This document shows positions 51,617 to 60,770 of a DNA stretch of 64,000 bases, one piece after another. This DNA comes from a virus. Lineage: Duplodnaviria > Heunggongvirae > Uroviricota > Caudoviricetes. The translations under genes and the position numbers were made by a program. The stretch spans positions 1 through 64,000 of the IMG/VR virus record IMGVR_UViG_3300012347_000338; one strand, given 5' to 3'. Position 1 is the stretch's first letter. Each line of letters opens with the position of its first letter. A model generated the notes under the pieces. The model was not told the origin of the DNA, ran no database searches, and saw only the letters and a list, made by a program, of their open reading frames with translations.

Positions 51617-53274
51617 GTGACAGAGTCCAGTCGAAGTTGATAGATTGAGGCTTGCACGTTGCGCGGGCCATGCACGCGAACACGAATGTAGAGGCGGCCG
51701 CCAGGCACCGCTCCAGATGCGCCTGTGGAGTAGAAGTCGATATCTGAGATAACGCTTGCCTCAATAGGCCAATCGCAATGCTTTGCGCTGCCAGGACCGC
51801 CTCCGCCGTACCATGCCCGGCCCGTAGCAGCGATCACTTTGGCTGTGAAGACGGGACGGCTGGTTGACGTGATCGCGTCGTAGTCGTTGAACCCGGTGTC
51901 GATGTAGAACTCGCCAACAGCTGCCGTAAAACCGTTAGCACTCTCACCAACGGTGGGGTTCCAAAAGCTCCCATCCGACGTCGCGTAAATCTGGTTTGCA
52001 AGGCTGTAGGTGCCGCCGGCAATTCGGGTGGTGCGCGTGAGCGTCAGTTCACCGATGTACAGGTTTCCGTTGACGATAGAAAAGCTGGGGGCGTATATCT
52101 GACCGCCGCTCGTGATCTGGATGTACTTGCCGCCGTAGTAATCACCCATCAGCAGGCCGCTGGAGCCTAGATGAAAGCCGGTCTTTCCGGATGGCCATGG
52201 CCACGAGTACGAGCTGTTGTAATCGCCCGCATAGACCGTCAGGTTCTGGCCGTTAATTTGAGAGGCGGTCAGTAGCCCTGTAATCTGTGCGGTTCCGATT
52301 GTCGCGTTGGAAATTGATGCGGTGTTGATGCGCGCCGCGTCAATAAAGCCTGACGCGATCTGCGCTGCTGTAATGTTTGCGTTGGCAATGGAGGCTGTGT
52401 TGATACGCGCCGCGCCGATATAGCCACTGGTGATTACGGCCGCGTCAATGTTGGCGATCTTTGCGTCAATCGTACCGGTTTGAATTCGATCTGCACTCAG
52501 GAAGCCGGTATTGATTTTGGCTGCATCGAGCGTCGCGATCTTGGCGTTGTCGACGGCCAGGTTGGCAATCTTGGCATTGGTGATCGTGGCGTCGGCGATG
52601 AATGCCGACTTGATGTATGTGCCCGCCGCGATGGTGACACCGTTAATGACGGTGGGCGCATCTAGCTGAAAGAACGGGGCTAGGCTGGTTGAGCCGTAGG
52701 CGTCAGACAGCACGCCAATGACGTAAGCCGGATCATCGCCGGCAGTGCCCGCGGCGCCGCTCGTGGCGTTGTATGACCCCTTGATATCAGCCTGGCTAAC
52801 GAAGCGAATCCAGTAGTACTTAGTCGAGCTCGTGCCCAGCTGGTCCACATAGAAGCGCGTGTCTGACGTGCCCAGCAAGACGGCATTACCAATCACGTTG
52901 TCGCTTGATCGCCAGATCTCGGCGTAGGCAAAGTTTCGCTGCGCAGGCAGATCCCACTGCAGCTGCACCGCGGAGAAAAGGCTCGTCACCGTGAAGTTGA
53001 CAGGCTTGTCTGGTGGGGTCAGGTCAGCAATCGGGTCGTAGCCGTCTGGATTGGCCCACGTTGGGATGACGGGCGTAAGGCCTGAGCTTGTTGTCCAGTT
53101 CGGACGCGCAGAGACCGCGCCAGCTTCGACCAGGTCGCGGTAGGTGACGTTCTGGTCAAGCTGGTCACCTATGACGCCCTCTCGCACATCCAGAATGCCC
53201 TTGACGGCCTTAGCCACCTCAAGCAGGTTCTCTGCGCGCGGCAGAGGAATCGCGGGTACTTTGGTCTTACTCAT
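51592..53274 (-). CDS. tail fibre / host-specificity protein
   Basis: FN3-like N-terminal region, repeated IDAAKINTG/ARINTASI beta-helix repeats. Confidence 0.65.
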   Translation of the reverse strand: MSKTKVPAIPLPRAENLLEVAKAVKGILDVREGVIGDQLDQNVTYRDLVEAGAVSARPNWTTSSGLTPVIPTWANPDGYDPIADLTPPDKPVNFTVTSLFSAVQLQWDLPAQRNFAYAEIWRSSDNVIGNAVLLGTSDTRFYVDQLGTSSTKYYWIRFVSQADIKGSYNATSGAAGTAGDDPAYVIGVLSDAYGSTSLAPFFQLDAPTVINGVTIAAGTYIKSAFIADATITNAKIANLAVDNAKIATLDAAKINTGFLSADRIQTGTIDAKIANIDAAVITSGYIGAARINTASIANANITAAQIASGFIDAARINTASISNATIGTAQITGLLTASQINGQNLTVYAGDYNSSYSWPWPSGKTGFHLGSSGLLMGDYYGGKYIQITSGGQIYAPSFSIVNGNLYIGELTLTRTTRIAGGTYSLANQIYATSDGSFWNPTVGESANGFTAAVGEFYIDTGFNDYDAITSTSRPVFTAKVIAATGRAWYGGGGPGSAKHCDWPIEASVISDIDFYSTGASGAVPGGRLYIRVRVHGPRNVQASIYQLRLDSVTWSMNKVT

Positions 53275-54896
53275 GGCAGCACCTTCAGTTCATCCATGCT
53301 GGACGCCAAGCGCACGCGCTCGACTTCGTTGCTGGTGTACAGGTCAATCACCCAGTCGCGAGCCTTGAAGCCATTGCTCAGGCGAAACGGTTGGTCATCC
53401 TCGACGGTGATCTGATCTGTCTGCTCGCCGTCGGCATAGACGGTCAGAACAACCGGATAGCCCTTCGAATTGACTGCTGCCCAGCCAATGTTCAGCGGAA
53501 CGCCCATGCGGAAAGTTTTGCTGGTCCACTTCGCATTGAGCGGGCTGCCTTGGTTGTAGCGCACGATGTTCGTGCCCTGCGCCAGGTACAGCGTGTCGGT
53601 GCGGTTGTCGGCATAGGCGGCCGTGATTGCCGTGGTGGCATTCAGATCGCTCACGGTCCAGAACGGACCTGAGCCGCTGAAGTCCAGGATCAGGACGCCG
53701 CGGGCGCCGTCGGTCTTCGTGAACAGGGCGATGTAGCGACCCTCTTGCACGTAGGCCTTGAACGAGCTCGGATTCAGATCCTGCCATTGCTTGCGCGTGG
53801 CGTGCTTGGAGGTGATGACGCTCATGCCGCCCGCGCCAATGCTCACCAAACCATCAGGAGAGGCGTACAGCACGCCGTCGCCGGTATCGACGATGGAAGT
53901 CTTGGACACGCACGATTGAGGCAGCTGCATGCGTCCTGGTGTCATGGCTTGCGGGTCAACGCCAGCGAGGGCGACGGGGTATGAATTGGTCAGCGCCACA
54001 ACCATCTGGCCAAAGACACCAAGGCCCACGATGTTGAATTCGATGGGGTACTTGTGTGGCCAGGCGTGAGGCAGGTTTGGCTCGGAGAAGTAGACCGTGT
54101 TACCCACGAAGCCGACGCATGCGCCGCTGTCCATCATCTTGAGACCCTTGAGGCCGTCAGGAGGGGCTGTCCACGTCTCGCTTGGCAAGATCTCGCCGAG
54201 GTTGGCTTGAGGGATGTTGTCGGTGTAGCTCGTATTGGCCACGGGGATCTCAGCCACGAACTGGAATTGAGCGGAACTACCGACAGTCGAAGACCGATAG
54301 ATTCTCTTGAGGGTGATGTTGTACGCGCCAGCTGGTGCGACAGACATACCAGCAACAGTCACCGAGGCGGCCGGGTTGATCACCGCAGGCGTCGAGGTTG
54401 CAGAAGGCGGCCCCTCTTCGCCGTAGGCGCTGACGTATGTATAGACGTAGGTGCGCGTCTCGCCATTGGCTGCGATGCTAGGTGCACTGCCGCTCATGGT
54501 CGGCGTGGCGGCCGGCACGGGGATGCCGAGGTCATAGCTGGCACCTGGGTAGCTCGAGCCACTCAGGAACACAGAGCTCGGCGCGTACTTTGGCTTGACG
54601 CCATCAGCCCAATAGGCGCGTGCCCATTGGTCGTTGGGCAATGGTGAGTTGATGACGTCGGTGTCGTCGGCGAACTCGAGCCAGTAATTGGTCTCGGTGT
54701 CGGACGTGCCAAATCGCCAGATTGTCTTTGGCGCCGTCTTGGTCAGCGCCTTGAGCGTGGTCGTACCCAAAAGTGGTGCGAGCGTACCCGAACCGAGGTA
54801 GACGTTGCGGGCCAACACCGCCTTGTTGGCGGCCAGCAGTATCGGATCGACAACGGGCTGCATCCCGTCGAAGCTGTTGATGTCAATTGATGCCAT
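53271..54896 (-). CDS. virion structural (tail-associated) protein
   Basis: 541 aa within structural operon. Confidence 0.45.
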   Translation of the reverse strand: MASIDINSFDGMQPVVDPILLAANKAVLARNVYLGSGTLAPLLGTTTLKALTKTAPKTIWRFGTSDTETNYWLEFADDTDVINSPLPNDQWARAYWADGVKPKYAPSSVFLSGSSYPGASYDLGIPVPAATPTMSGSAPSIAANGETRTYVYTYVSAYGEEGPPSATSTPAVINPAASVTVAGMSVAPAGAYNITLKRIYRSSTVGSSAQFQFVAEIPVANTSYTDNIPQANLGEILPSETWTAPPDGLKGLKMMDSGACVGFVGNTVYFSEPNLPHAWPHKYPIEFNIVGLGVFGQMVVALTNSYPVALAGVDPQAMTPGRMQLPQSCVSKTSIVDTGDGVLYASPDGLVSIGAGGMSVITSKHATRKQWQDLNPSSFKAYVQEGRYIALFTKTDGARGVLILDFSGSGPFWTVSDLNATTAITAAYADNRTDTLYLAQGTNIVRYNQGSPLNAKWTSKTFRMGVPLNIGWAAVNSKGYPVVLTVYADGEQTDQITVEDDQPFRLSNGFKARDWVIDLYTSNEVERVRLASSMDELKVLP

Positions 54897-54905
54897 GGGT
54901 TTCTT

Positions 54906-56228
54906 TCAGAGAATGCGGGCTGGGACGGATGCGTCGAGCTCATCCTCGTTGCGGTAGTAGAACTTGCCGCCAGACACAGCGAAGTCGGCCACGCTGATGT
55001 AGTCAAAGGCTGTGGAACGAGTCTGTGTGTCGAGGTTGATCAGCGCGAAGCCGTTGTGCCACTTCTCGCCTTCGCAATAAGACGCAGAGCGTTTGTGGCC
55101 AGAGCCGAGTTGGTGCCATTCGTAGGCGCCGTAGACTGGGTTGAATTCGCTCCAGACGATGTGCTTGTGATGGTGGCCATTAACGCCCGGGAGGCCCATG
55201 TTGCGCGCATGCGGGAAGTGATGGCAGAGGACTGTGTCCCAATAGATCTTGTAATTGGTCGCGAGCTCTTTGTTGAAGTCGCGCTTGGTGAATGATCCAA
55301 GGTCAGCCTTTGCGATGTAGTTGATTTCGAACTGGTCAAGACCAAACAGCTTGGCCACGGTGAAGCCGTGCAGGTCGCTTAGGACCGCTCGCAGTGCAGG
55401 AGTTGCATCAGCAAGTTGACGGAGCAGGCGGGCTTCGTGATTCCCTTCGATGAAGTCAATCTGGACATCAGGGCAGGCGTCACGTAAAGGTCCGAGAATG
55501 TTGTCGTGCGCGAACCGGATGCGGCCGACGACGTCCCATTCGCGTGGGTCCACTCCGTACTTGCCGAACTCGGGGAGATCGAAAATGTCTCCAACAAGAG
55601 AGATGACATCAGGCTGGACTCGTCGTGCTGTGTCGATGAGGACGCGCAGGTAGAAGGGGTCGATCTCAATGTCATGCAGGTCCGATGCAACGAGGATGGT
55701 CTTGAAGCGCTTGCCGTTCTCGCGCAGATACTTGGTGTCCCAGTCCTGGCGGTCGATGTTCATGCGGCGGTAGTGATCCACCGAAGCATGCTTCGCGATG
55801 TGTCGCTCGTGCTGGTGCTGCTGGCGCGACAACGTGATGTTGGCCTGGCGCTTGAACTCTTCGAACGTGCCGAAGTAGCGGTTCCAAGTCGACTCGGAGA
55901 TCTGGCTGTGAGTGCGGAAGTAGTTGCGCGTGACGACCTTGTCTTCGTCGATCTTGGCAATGCGGCGTAGCTCGGCGATGCACTCCTCTGGGCCCCAGTG
56001 CTCCATGAACCGTGACTGGTCTTCCGACATGGGCACCGCAGCGGCTTCTCGGATTGAGTGCTGAGGCGCATCCCATGTTGGGAGCTTGATGTCGTACTTT
56101 GATTCGATGCTTGCGCGTCGCGAGTAGACGCTGCGGATGTTGACGCCCAGGGCTTGCGCCACTTTGTTTGGACTACCGAGTTTTTTGAAGAGCTCCATGA
56201 ACTCGACGTCTGAACAAACTGCTGCCAT
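54906..56228 (-). CDS. calcineurin-like metallophosphoesterase with N-terminal HTH
   Basis: ILVASDLHD, VGDIFD, GNHE, GHHH motifs; internal ATG 56228 downstream of terminator. Confidence 0.6.
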   Translation of the reverse strand: MAAVCSDVEFMELFKKLGSPNKVAQALGVNIRSVYSRRASIESKYDIKLPTWDAPQHSIREAAAVPMSEDQSRFMEHWGPEECIAELRRIAKIDEDKVVTRNYFRTHSQISESTWNRYFGTFEEFKRQANITLSRQQHQHERHIAKHASVDHYRRMNIDRQDWDTKYLRENGKRFKTILVASDLHDIEIDPFYLRVLIDTARRVQPDVISLVGDIFDLPEFGKYGVDPREWDVVGRIRFAHDNILGPLRDACPDVQIDFIEGNHEARLLRQLADATPALRAVLSDLHGFTVAKLFGLDQFEINYIAKADLGSFTKRDFNKELATNYKIYWDTVLCHHFPHARNMGLPGVNGHHHKHIVWSEFNPVYGAYEWHQLGSGHKRSASYCEGEKWHNGFALINLDTQTRSTAFDYISVADFAVSGGKFYYRNEDELDASVPARIL

Positions 56229-56264
56229 GTACTTCTTTCTGCCGGCACTCCCAGCCAGCGCAAA

Positions 56265-56300
56265 ACAAAAAAATGCCCTCCGAAGAGGGCTGGGTGGCTG
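56265..56300 (-). terminator. intrinsic terminator (GCCCTC-TTCG-GAGGGC + U-run)
   Basis: hairpin plus AUUUUUUUGUUUUG on minus strand. Confidence 0.55.
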
Positions 56301-56301
56301 A

Positions 56302-56496
56302 TTAGGCCTGAGCGGGCTTGGCTGCTTCCTCGGCAGCTTTCTGTGCTGCACTCTCGGCTTCCAGTTGCGCATTGAACTGCTCAGAGGCCTGAGCGCGCAC
56401 ACGGTTGGCGACTTGAGCGGCGTTGTCTTGAATGCGACCGAGGCCTTCAAGAATCGTGTTGACGTCGGAAACTTCGACTGTGAGTTGGATTGACAT
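56302..56496 (-). CDS. small coiled-coil protein (64 aa)
   Basis: ATG 56496 after GGAG; followed by terminator. Confidence 0.4.
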   Translation of the reverse strand: MSIQLTVEVSDVNTILEGLGRIQDNAAQVANRVRAQASEQFNAQLEAESAAQKAAEEAAKPAQA

Positions 56497-56572
56497 GGAG
56501 AGCTCCAAAGGTTGTTGTTTACAAAAGCCAGGCGATTGTAACAACAATTTGTTGTCCTCCAACCAGTTTCTT

Positions 56573-57205
56573 TTACGCCAGATGTGCCGAAGGATCGAAC
56601 ACGCCCAGAGCCAACTCCGTGTGGTGCACGCGGTCTGCAAAGCCTAGCTGGCCACCGTTAATGACCTGGGTCAGCTTCACCCAGTTCTGAGCTTCTGCGA
56701 GCTCATTGCAGCCATGGGTCTTCCAGAACCAGCCAGCGGTCTGCATCGCGTATTCAGGCGTGCGCACCAGGTCTGGGTTCTTCATGAAGTCCACGCCGAG
56801 GGCCTTGCCGGCATGGAAGAAATTCGCCGCGCCGGTCAATTGCAAATATCCAGATCCGCGGTACAGCCAGCCGTCACCGGACTTCTCGTCGCGGTTGTTC
56901 ATTCGACCGCCGTAGATGCGCGATGCGATGCGCTCTGGGTGGCCTTCGTAGGCCTTGGCCTCTTCGACCGATGCGAAGCCCCACTTACGCTTTGGCGTCA
57001 GCGGGAACATCTTGAAGAGCGTGGCGCCGCGGTAGCGCAGGTCTTCCTCGAGCACCGTGAAGTTGCGTGACTCATGGCCACACTGGGCGATGAACGCGGC
57101 TTGCTTCTTGGGTGTGTCGATGTCCCAGCGCAGGAACGTCGCGTTGAGCGGCGCGGCCAGGAGCGGGTTGATCTTCAGCTGTTTGAGTTGATCAGTGGTC
57201 ACCAT
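56573..57205 (-). CDS. endolysin, glycoside hydrolase family 19
   Basis: GHESRNF...YRGSGYLQLTG GH19 catalytic blocks. Confidence 0.85.
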   Translation of the reverse strand: MVTTDQLKQLKINPLLAAPLNATFLRWDIDTPKKQAAFIAQCGHESRNFTVLEEDLRYRGATLFKMFPLTPKRKWGFASVEEAKAYEGHPERIASRIYGGRMNNRDEKSGDGWLYRGSGYLQLTGAANFFHAGKALGVDFMKNPDLVRTPEYAMQTAGWFWKTHGCNELAEAQNWVKLTQVINGGQLGFADRVHHTELALGVFDPSAHLA

Positions 57206-57662
57206 TTACTTGGCTCCTGACTTGGTTGTAGGCGTCGACGCAGGCGTTGAGTTGGACGATGGCTCGGTCTCCGTCGGCTGCGATTTGAGCAATAAGTCGG
57301 AGAGTCTCTCGGTCAGATTCGCTTCCATCTTGTTGATTCCCGCCGGCAGCGGGGGCACTTGGACTGGCTTGTACGCAACGGGCGGCGGGGAGGCGCACCC
57401 TGCCAGCACTGATAGCGCGATCCAGAGCAGACTGTTTTTGAGTGATTGAATCATTGGCTGTCTTCAGTTCGATTGATGTTTGGTTGAGCTCCTCGCTGAG
57501 CTTCTGCTCCCGCTGGCGAGACTCCTCGTTCTTGATGCTGATCTCGGCTTGCATCTCCAGATCTCGCTGCACAAAACCGGCATGGTGGCCGTAGAAATAT
57601 GCAGTTAAGACGGCACACAGCGCCCCGAGAATGATCCACGGGTTCCTGAGTAGGGCCAGCAT
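57192..57662 (-). CDS. i-spanin (Rz-like)
   Basis: N-terminal TM + coiled coil; position after holin. Confidence 0.65.
   Translation of the reverse strand: MLALLRNPWIILGALCAVLTAYFYGHHAGFVQRDLEMQAEISIKNEESRQREQKLSEELNQTSIELKTANDSITQKQSALDRAISAGRVRLPAARCVQASPSAPAAGGNQQDGSESDRETLRLIAQIAADGDRAIVQLNACVDAYNQVRSQVNGDH
57206..57454 (-). CDS. o-spanin (Rz1-like) embedded in +1 frame of Rz
   Basis: lipobox LAGC, Pro-rich mature region, fully embedded. Confidence 0.6.
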   Translation of the reverse strand: MIQSLKNSLLWIALSVLAGCASPPPVAYKPVQVPPLPAGINKMEANLTERLSDLLLKSQPTETEPSSNSTPASTPTTKSGAK

Positions 57663-57664
57663 CG

Positions 57665-58213
57665 TTAGCCTCGCTGCTCGGCGCGTGCATGGGCTAGCGC
57701 TTCACGCTCGTCTTCGTCTTCCATGTGGCCGGCTGGTGTGGTCGGTGGAGGTGGAGGCGTCCAGTTCTCATCAAACTGTGGATTCGTCCAGCCCATCCAG
57801 TTGAAGTCGGGCATGGCCGAGCTCGCAGCTGGCGCTGGTGTAGTCACAGGCGCTACAGGCGCAGCAGCGGGCGCACAAGGCGCTGGCGTTGGCGTTCCTA
57901 CCAACGTGCCAGACACCTTCGCTGAGATCGCTTCTGAGGCCTTCTTGGCCACGCGCATGCCGATCAGAGTCGTGATTGACCCGGTCATCAGCAGGACGAT
58001 GTCGTTGAGCATCTTCGTGTAGGCCATGTCAATCGGAGCCATGGTCTTCATGGGCTGGCCAACGAAGGTCACGGAATAGAGCATGGTGAACACCAGGCCG
58101 CCAAACACGAGCATGACGATGCCGACCACGAAGGCCCAGACCATCACCTCGCAGAAGGCGATTAGCTCATCAGTTGTTTGGAACAGTGCTCGAGGCGGGT
58201 TGAGTGGGTTCAA
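57665..58213 (-). CDS. putative holin
   Basis: 2-3 TM helices then Pro/Ala-rich tail; start may be internal ATG 58144. Confidence 0.5.
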   Translation of the reverse strand: MNPLNPPRALFQTTDELIAFCEVMVWAFVVGIVMLVFGGLVFTMLYSVTFVGQPMKTMAPIDMAYTKMLNDIVLLMTGSITTLIGMRVAKKASEAISAKVSGTLVGTPTPAPCAPAAAPVAPVTTPAPAASSAMPDFNWMGWTNPQFDENWTPPPPPTTPAGHMEDEDEREALAHARAEQRG

Positions 58214-58391
58214 TTTTCTTCTCCAGAACGGGTGCTACTAAGTACTCAGGACAGTCCTGTGTGAATTGGCATTCGGGTTTTTGGCATCGCTTCGCTGTGA
58301 AGTTGGCCGGGTCTTGGCAGAAGTACCGATAGCGGTCTTTGCAGGCCACTAGGCACAACAGCACGAGGCTAGTCAGCAGTAGTTTTTTCAT
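58170..58391 (-). CDS. Cys-rich lipoprotein
   Basis: signal peptide with lipobox LVAC. Confidence 0.45.
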   Translation of the reverse strand: MKKLLLTSLVLLCLVACKDRYRYFCQDPANFTAKRCQKPECQFTQDCPEYLVAPVLEKKIEPTQPASSTVPNN

Positions 58392-58671
58392 TTCTTTCTT
58401 TCAACATGCCCTCGACTTGAGAGCGCAGCTTGTGAAGCTCTCTGGCTTCTTGCTTGATCTCGGCCTTCATCCACTTCGTCTCGATGTAGGCCAAGAATGA
58501 GGTCACGACAAATATTGCGATGGCCAAGTAGATGAGGACACGCGCCAGAAGTTGGAGCGTGCGGTACTCTGACTGTGCAGATCTGCCGCTATTGCCGCCA
58601 CCAGCAGGACCAGCAGCACCGTTGCGGTTATTTCCACCGCCATTTCGATTCGTCTGTCCCGCAGTAGCCAT
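58369..58671 (-). CDS. small membrane protein, start uncertain
   Basis: first 35 codons have non-genomic codon usage; possible GTG start overlapping upstream TGA (GTGA). Confidence 0.25.
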   Translation of the reverse strand: MATAGQTNRNGGGNNRNGAAGPAGGGNSGRSAQSEYRTLQLLARVLIYLAIAIFVVTSFLAYIETKWMKAEIKQEARELHKLRSQVEGMLKERNEKTTAD

Positions 58672-59309
58672 CGGCGCGCCTCGTCGTCTTTTTGTTTTTT
58701 CTTGCGCACTAGGCGTTCGAACTCTTGTTCTTCGATGATCTTTCCGTACATCTGCAGGAAGCGGCTGTAGATGTCTTTGAGCTCGGATGGCGCGTAGACC
58801 ATGGCCTCGCGGATCTGCACGGTCATGTTCTCAAGCTGTAGCTCGATCTCAACGCGGTCAATGGCGCTGCTCTCGATGTTGTCGGTGTCCTTGGACTCCT
58901 CCTCGAGCTCGTGGCAGTGAGCCTTGAGCGTGCGGCGGATCTCGAAGAAGGTCTTCAGCTGCTCGCACACCTGGTGGATGGCGCGGGTCTGGTATTCCTC
59001 GTAGCTGAGCTCGGGTTCCGGCGCTGGCTTCTTTTTGGTCGGCTTGACGGAAACCGGTTGTGGAGCGGCTGGGCTCTGCAACGCTGGTTGTGGAGCGGGA
59101 GCGGCTTTTGGCGCTCCACTAATCAAGCCTTTGAACCAGCCCCACAGGCCGGTGATCTCTTTGTAGACCGCCTTGGCGTCTCCGATGCCCTGCTCTACCG
59201 TCTTCTTCAGCGCCCCGATTTCAGCCTTGCCCTGAGAGAGCATCTCGCAACCCTTGCGGACCGCGGCAACAGCGGCCTGAGCCGCCATGAGTAGGCTTAT
59301 AGGGTCCAC
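58503..59309 (-). CDS. coiled-coil protein with C-terminal TM helix
   Basis: 268 aa; good codon usage to stop. Confidence 0.5.
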   Translation of the reverse strand: MDPISLLMAAQAAVAAVRKGCEMLSQGKAEIGALKKTVEQGIGDAKAVYKEITGLWGWFKGLISGAPKAAPAPQPALQSPAAPQPVSVKPTKKKPAPEPELSYEEYQTRAIHQVCEQLKTFFEIRRTLKAHCHELEEESKDTDNIESSAIDRVEIELQLENMTVQIREAMVYAPSELKDIYSRFLQMYGKIIEEQEFERLVRKKKQKDDEARRWLLRDRRIEMAVEITATVLLVLLVAAIAADLHSQSTARSNFWRVSSSTWPSQYLS

Positions 59310-59315
59310 ACAGCG

Positions 59316-59480
59316 TTATGCCTCGTCGGCTGGCTCGGGTGTGTTGCCCTCTTCCAGCCACTTTAGGTAGACCTGGTAGTCCGTATTGGCTGGGTCAAAC
59401 GGTATGAAGGCGTCGTCTGCAATGCGCTTGATGCAAGCAGGCTCTTGGCCCTCAAACGATAGTCGTATTTGTTGGTACAT
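59316..59480 (-). CDS. conserved small protein paired with tail fibre C (54 aa)
   Basis: [36 protein letters not shown]; GGAG RBS inside fibre stop region. Confidence 0.55.
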   Translation of the reverse strand: MYQQIRLSFEGQEPACIKRIADDAFIPFDPANTDYQVYLKWLEEGNTPEPADEA

Positions 59481-59482
59481 GG

Positions 59483-60553
59483 TTAAAGCTCCGCTGATGC
59501 TTTGTATGAAAAATCGCGCGGCTGCGCAATAGTCCCGCCGGCATCTGATGTTGCTACATAATAATCAACATAAAAACTGCGAGTGCCGCCTGAACCTATG
59601 GTTTTTGACACTATTGCATCGTAGCGGATGTTTGGCTTATGCAAGTCCGTTTCTGTTGTTGTTACAGTCGGAGCGGTTCGCATAGGAACAGGTAAATCGA
59701 CATACATATAGTAGTCTCGCGCAACTGTTGACCCTCCGATAATTGCCTTATACATAAGACTTGGAACTTCATAGACAAAATACCGCTGGCACAAAGCCAA
59801 TTCGACGCTGTAAGGCCTGAACTCAAATGGCGTGGCCACGGAGCCGGCTTCAACTTGCACGCCAGTCACGTACAGGTAGTTGCCAACAGTACCCAGCAGC
59901 GATGTACCGCCAGTCACGTTGGTGTAATTGCCCGCGCCCCATGAGCCTGCGGTTGTGGAGATTGTTGAGCCTTGGCCAAAGCCGAGCGTCAAGAACATGC
60001 CAACGCCGTTGTCCGAGTACCAAGTGCCAGTCGTGTCGCCAGGGATGGTGACCGTCTTGTATTCCCAGGTGTTGGCCGCGTTGATTGTGTAGCTGAAGAC
60101 GCAAGAGCGGTTGGCTGCACCGTTGCGCAGCGAGCCGCCAAATGTACCTATGTTTGAGCTGCGCACCCAAAAGCTCAGCGTGACTGGCGACGCACCAACT
60201 GCGCCGAATCCAAAGTCAGCGACGTTGAATCCTTCGATGGCCTGGCCAACAGAGAACGAATCGCCAGAGCCAACGGTGGCCGTGGCTGCAACAGTGACTC
60301 CGAGATACTTTTTGAATCCAGCCGGAGGTGTAACTGCGCCAGCGTTTTGTTGAACCGTGATCTTGCTCGCTTGGGATGCGTAGGCCCAGAATCGATCAAG
60401 AACGTACGTCACATTGGACGTGTCGGTGATTGACTTACTTGCGCCACTAAAGCGTTGATCAATTCGGCAGTCACCGTTGATGATGCGGTTGCGGAACATC
60501 AGCCCGCCAGACGCCACTGCGCCTAAATTTGCAAGGTCTCTTGCTTTTGTCAT
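59483..60553 (-). CDS. tail fibre paralog C
   Basis: shares N-terminal [13 protein letters not shown] and C-terminal [25 protein letters not shown] with two paralogs. Confidence 0.65.
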   Translation of the reverse strand: MTKARDLANLGAVASGGLMFRNRIINGDCRIDQRFSGASKSITDTSNVTYVLDRFWAYASQASKITVQQNAGAVTPPAGFKKYLGVTVAATATVGSGDSFSVGQAIEGFNVADFGFGAVGASPVTLSFWVRSSNIGTFGGSLRNGAANRSCVFSYTINAANTWEYKTVTIPGDTTGTWYSDNGVGMFLTLGFGQGSTISTTAGSWGAGNYTNVTGGTSLLGTVGNYLYVTGVQVEAGSVATPFEFRPYSVELALCQRYFVYEVPSLMYKAIIGGSTVARDYYMYVDLPVPMRTAPTVTTTETDLHKPNIRYDAIVSKTIGSGGTRSFYVDYYVATSDAGGTIAQPRDFSYKASAEL

Positions 60554-60564
60554 TGGTACTCCAG

Positions 60565-60597
60565 AAAAACAAAAACCCGCCGAAGCGGGTCATATAT
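60565..60597 (-). terminator. intrinsic terminator (ACCCGC-TTCG-GCGGGT + UUUUUGUUUUU)
   Basis: read directly on minus strand between small ORF B and fibre C. Confidence 0.55.
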
Positions 60598-60608
60598 GCG
60601 TGTGGCGA

Positions 60609-60770
60609 TTACTCGTCAGCTGGGAGGGGTGTGTTGCCTTCGGCGAGCCAGGCTAGGTATTCCTGGTAGTCAGTGTTGGCCTCGTCGAAGGGGATGAAGG
60701 CGTTGTCGGCCAGGCGCTTTACGTAATTAGCTTTGATGCCGGTCGGCGAATCTTGAATTGCTTGATACAT
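60609..60770 (-). CDS. conserved small protein paired with tail fibre B (53 aa)
   Basis: [37 protein letters not shown]. Confidence 0.55.
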   Translation of the reverse strand: MYQAIQDSPTGIKANYVKRLADNAFIPFDEANTDYQEYLAWLAEGNTPLPADE

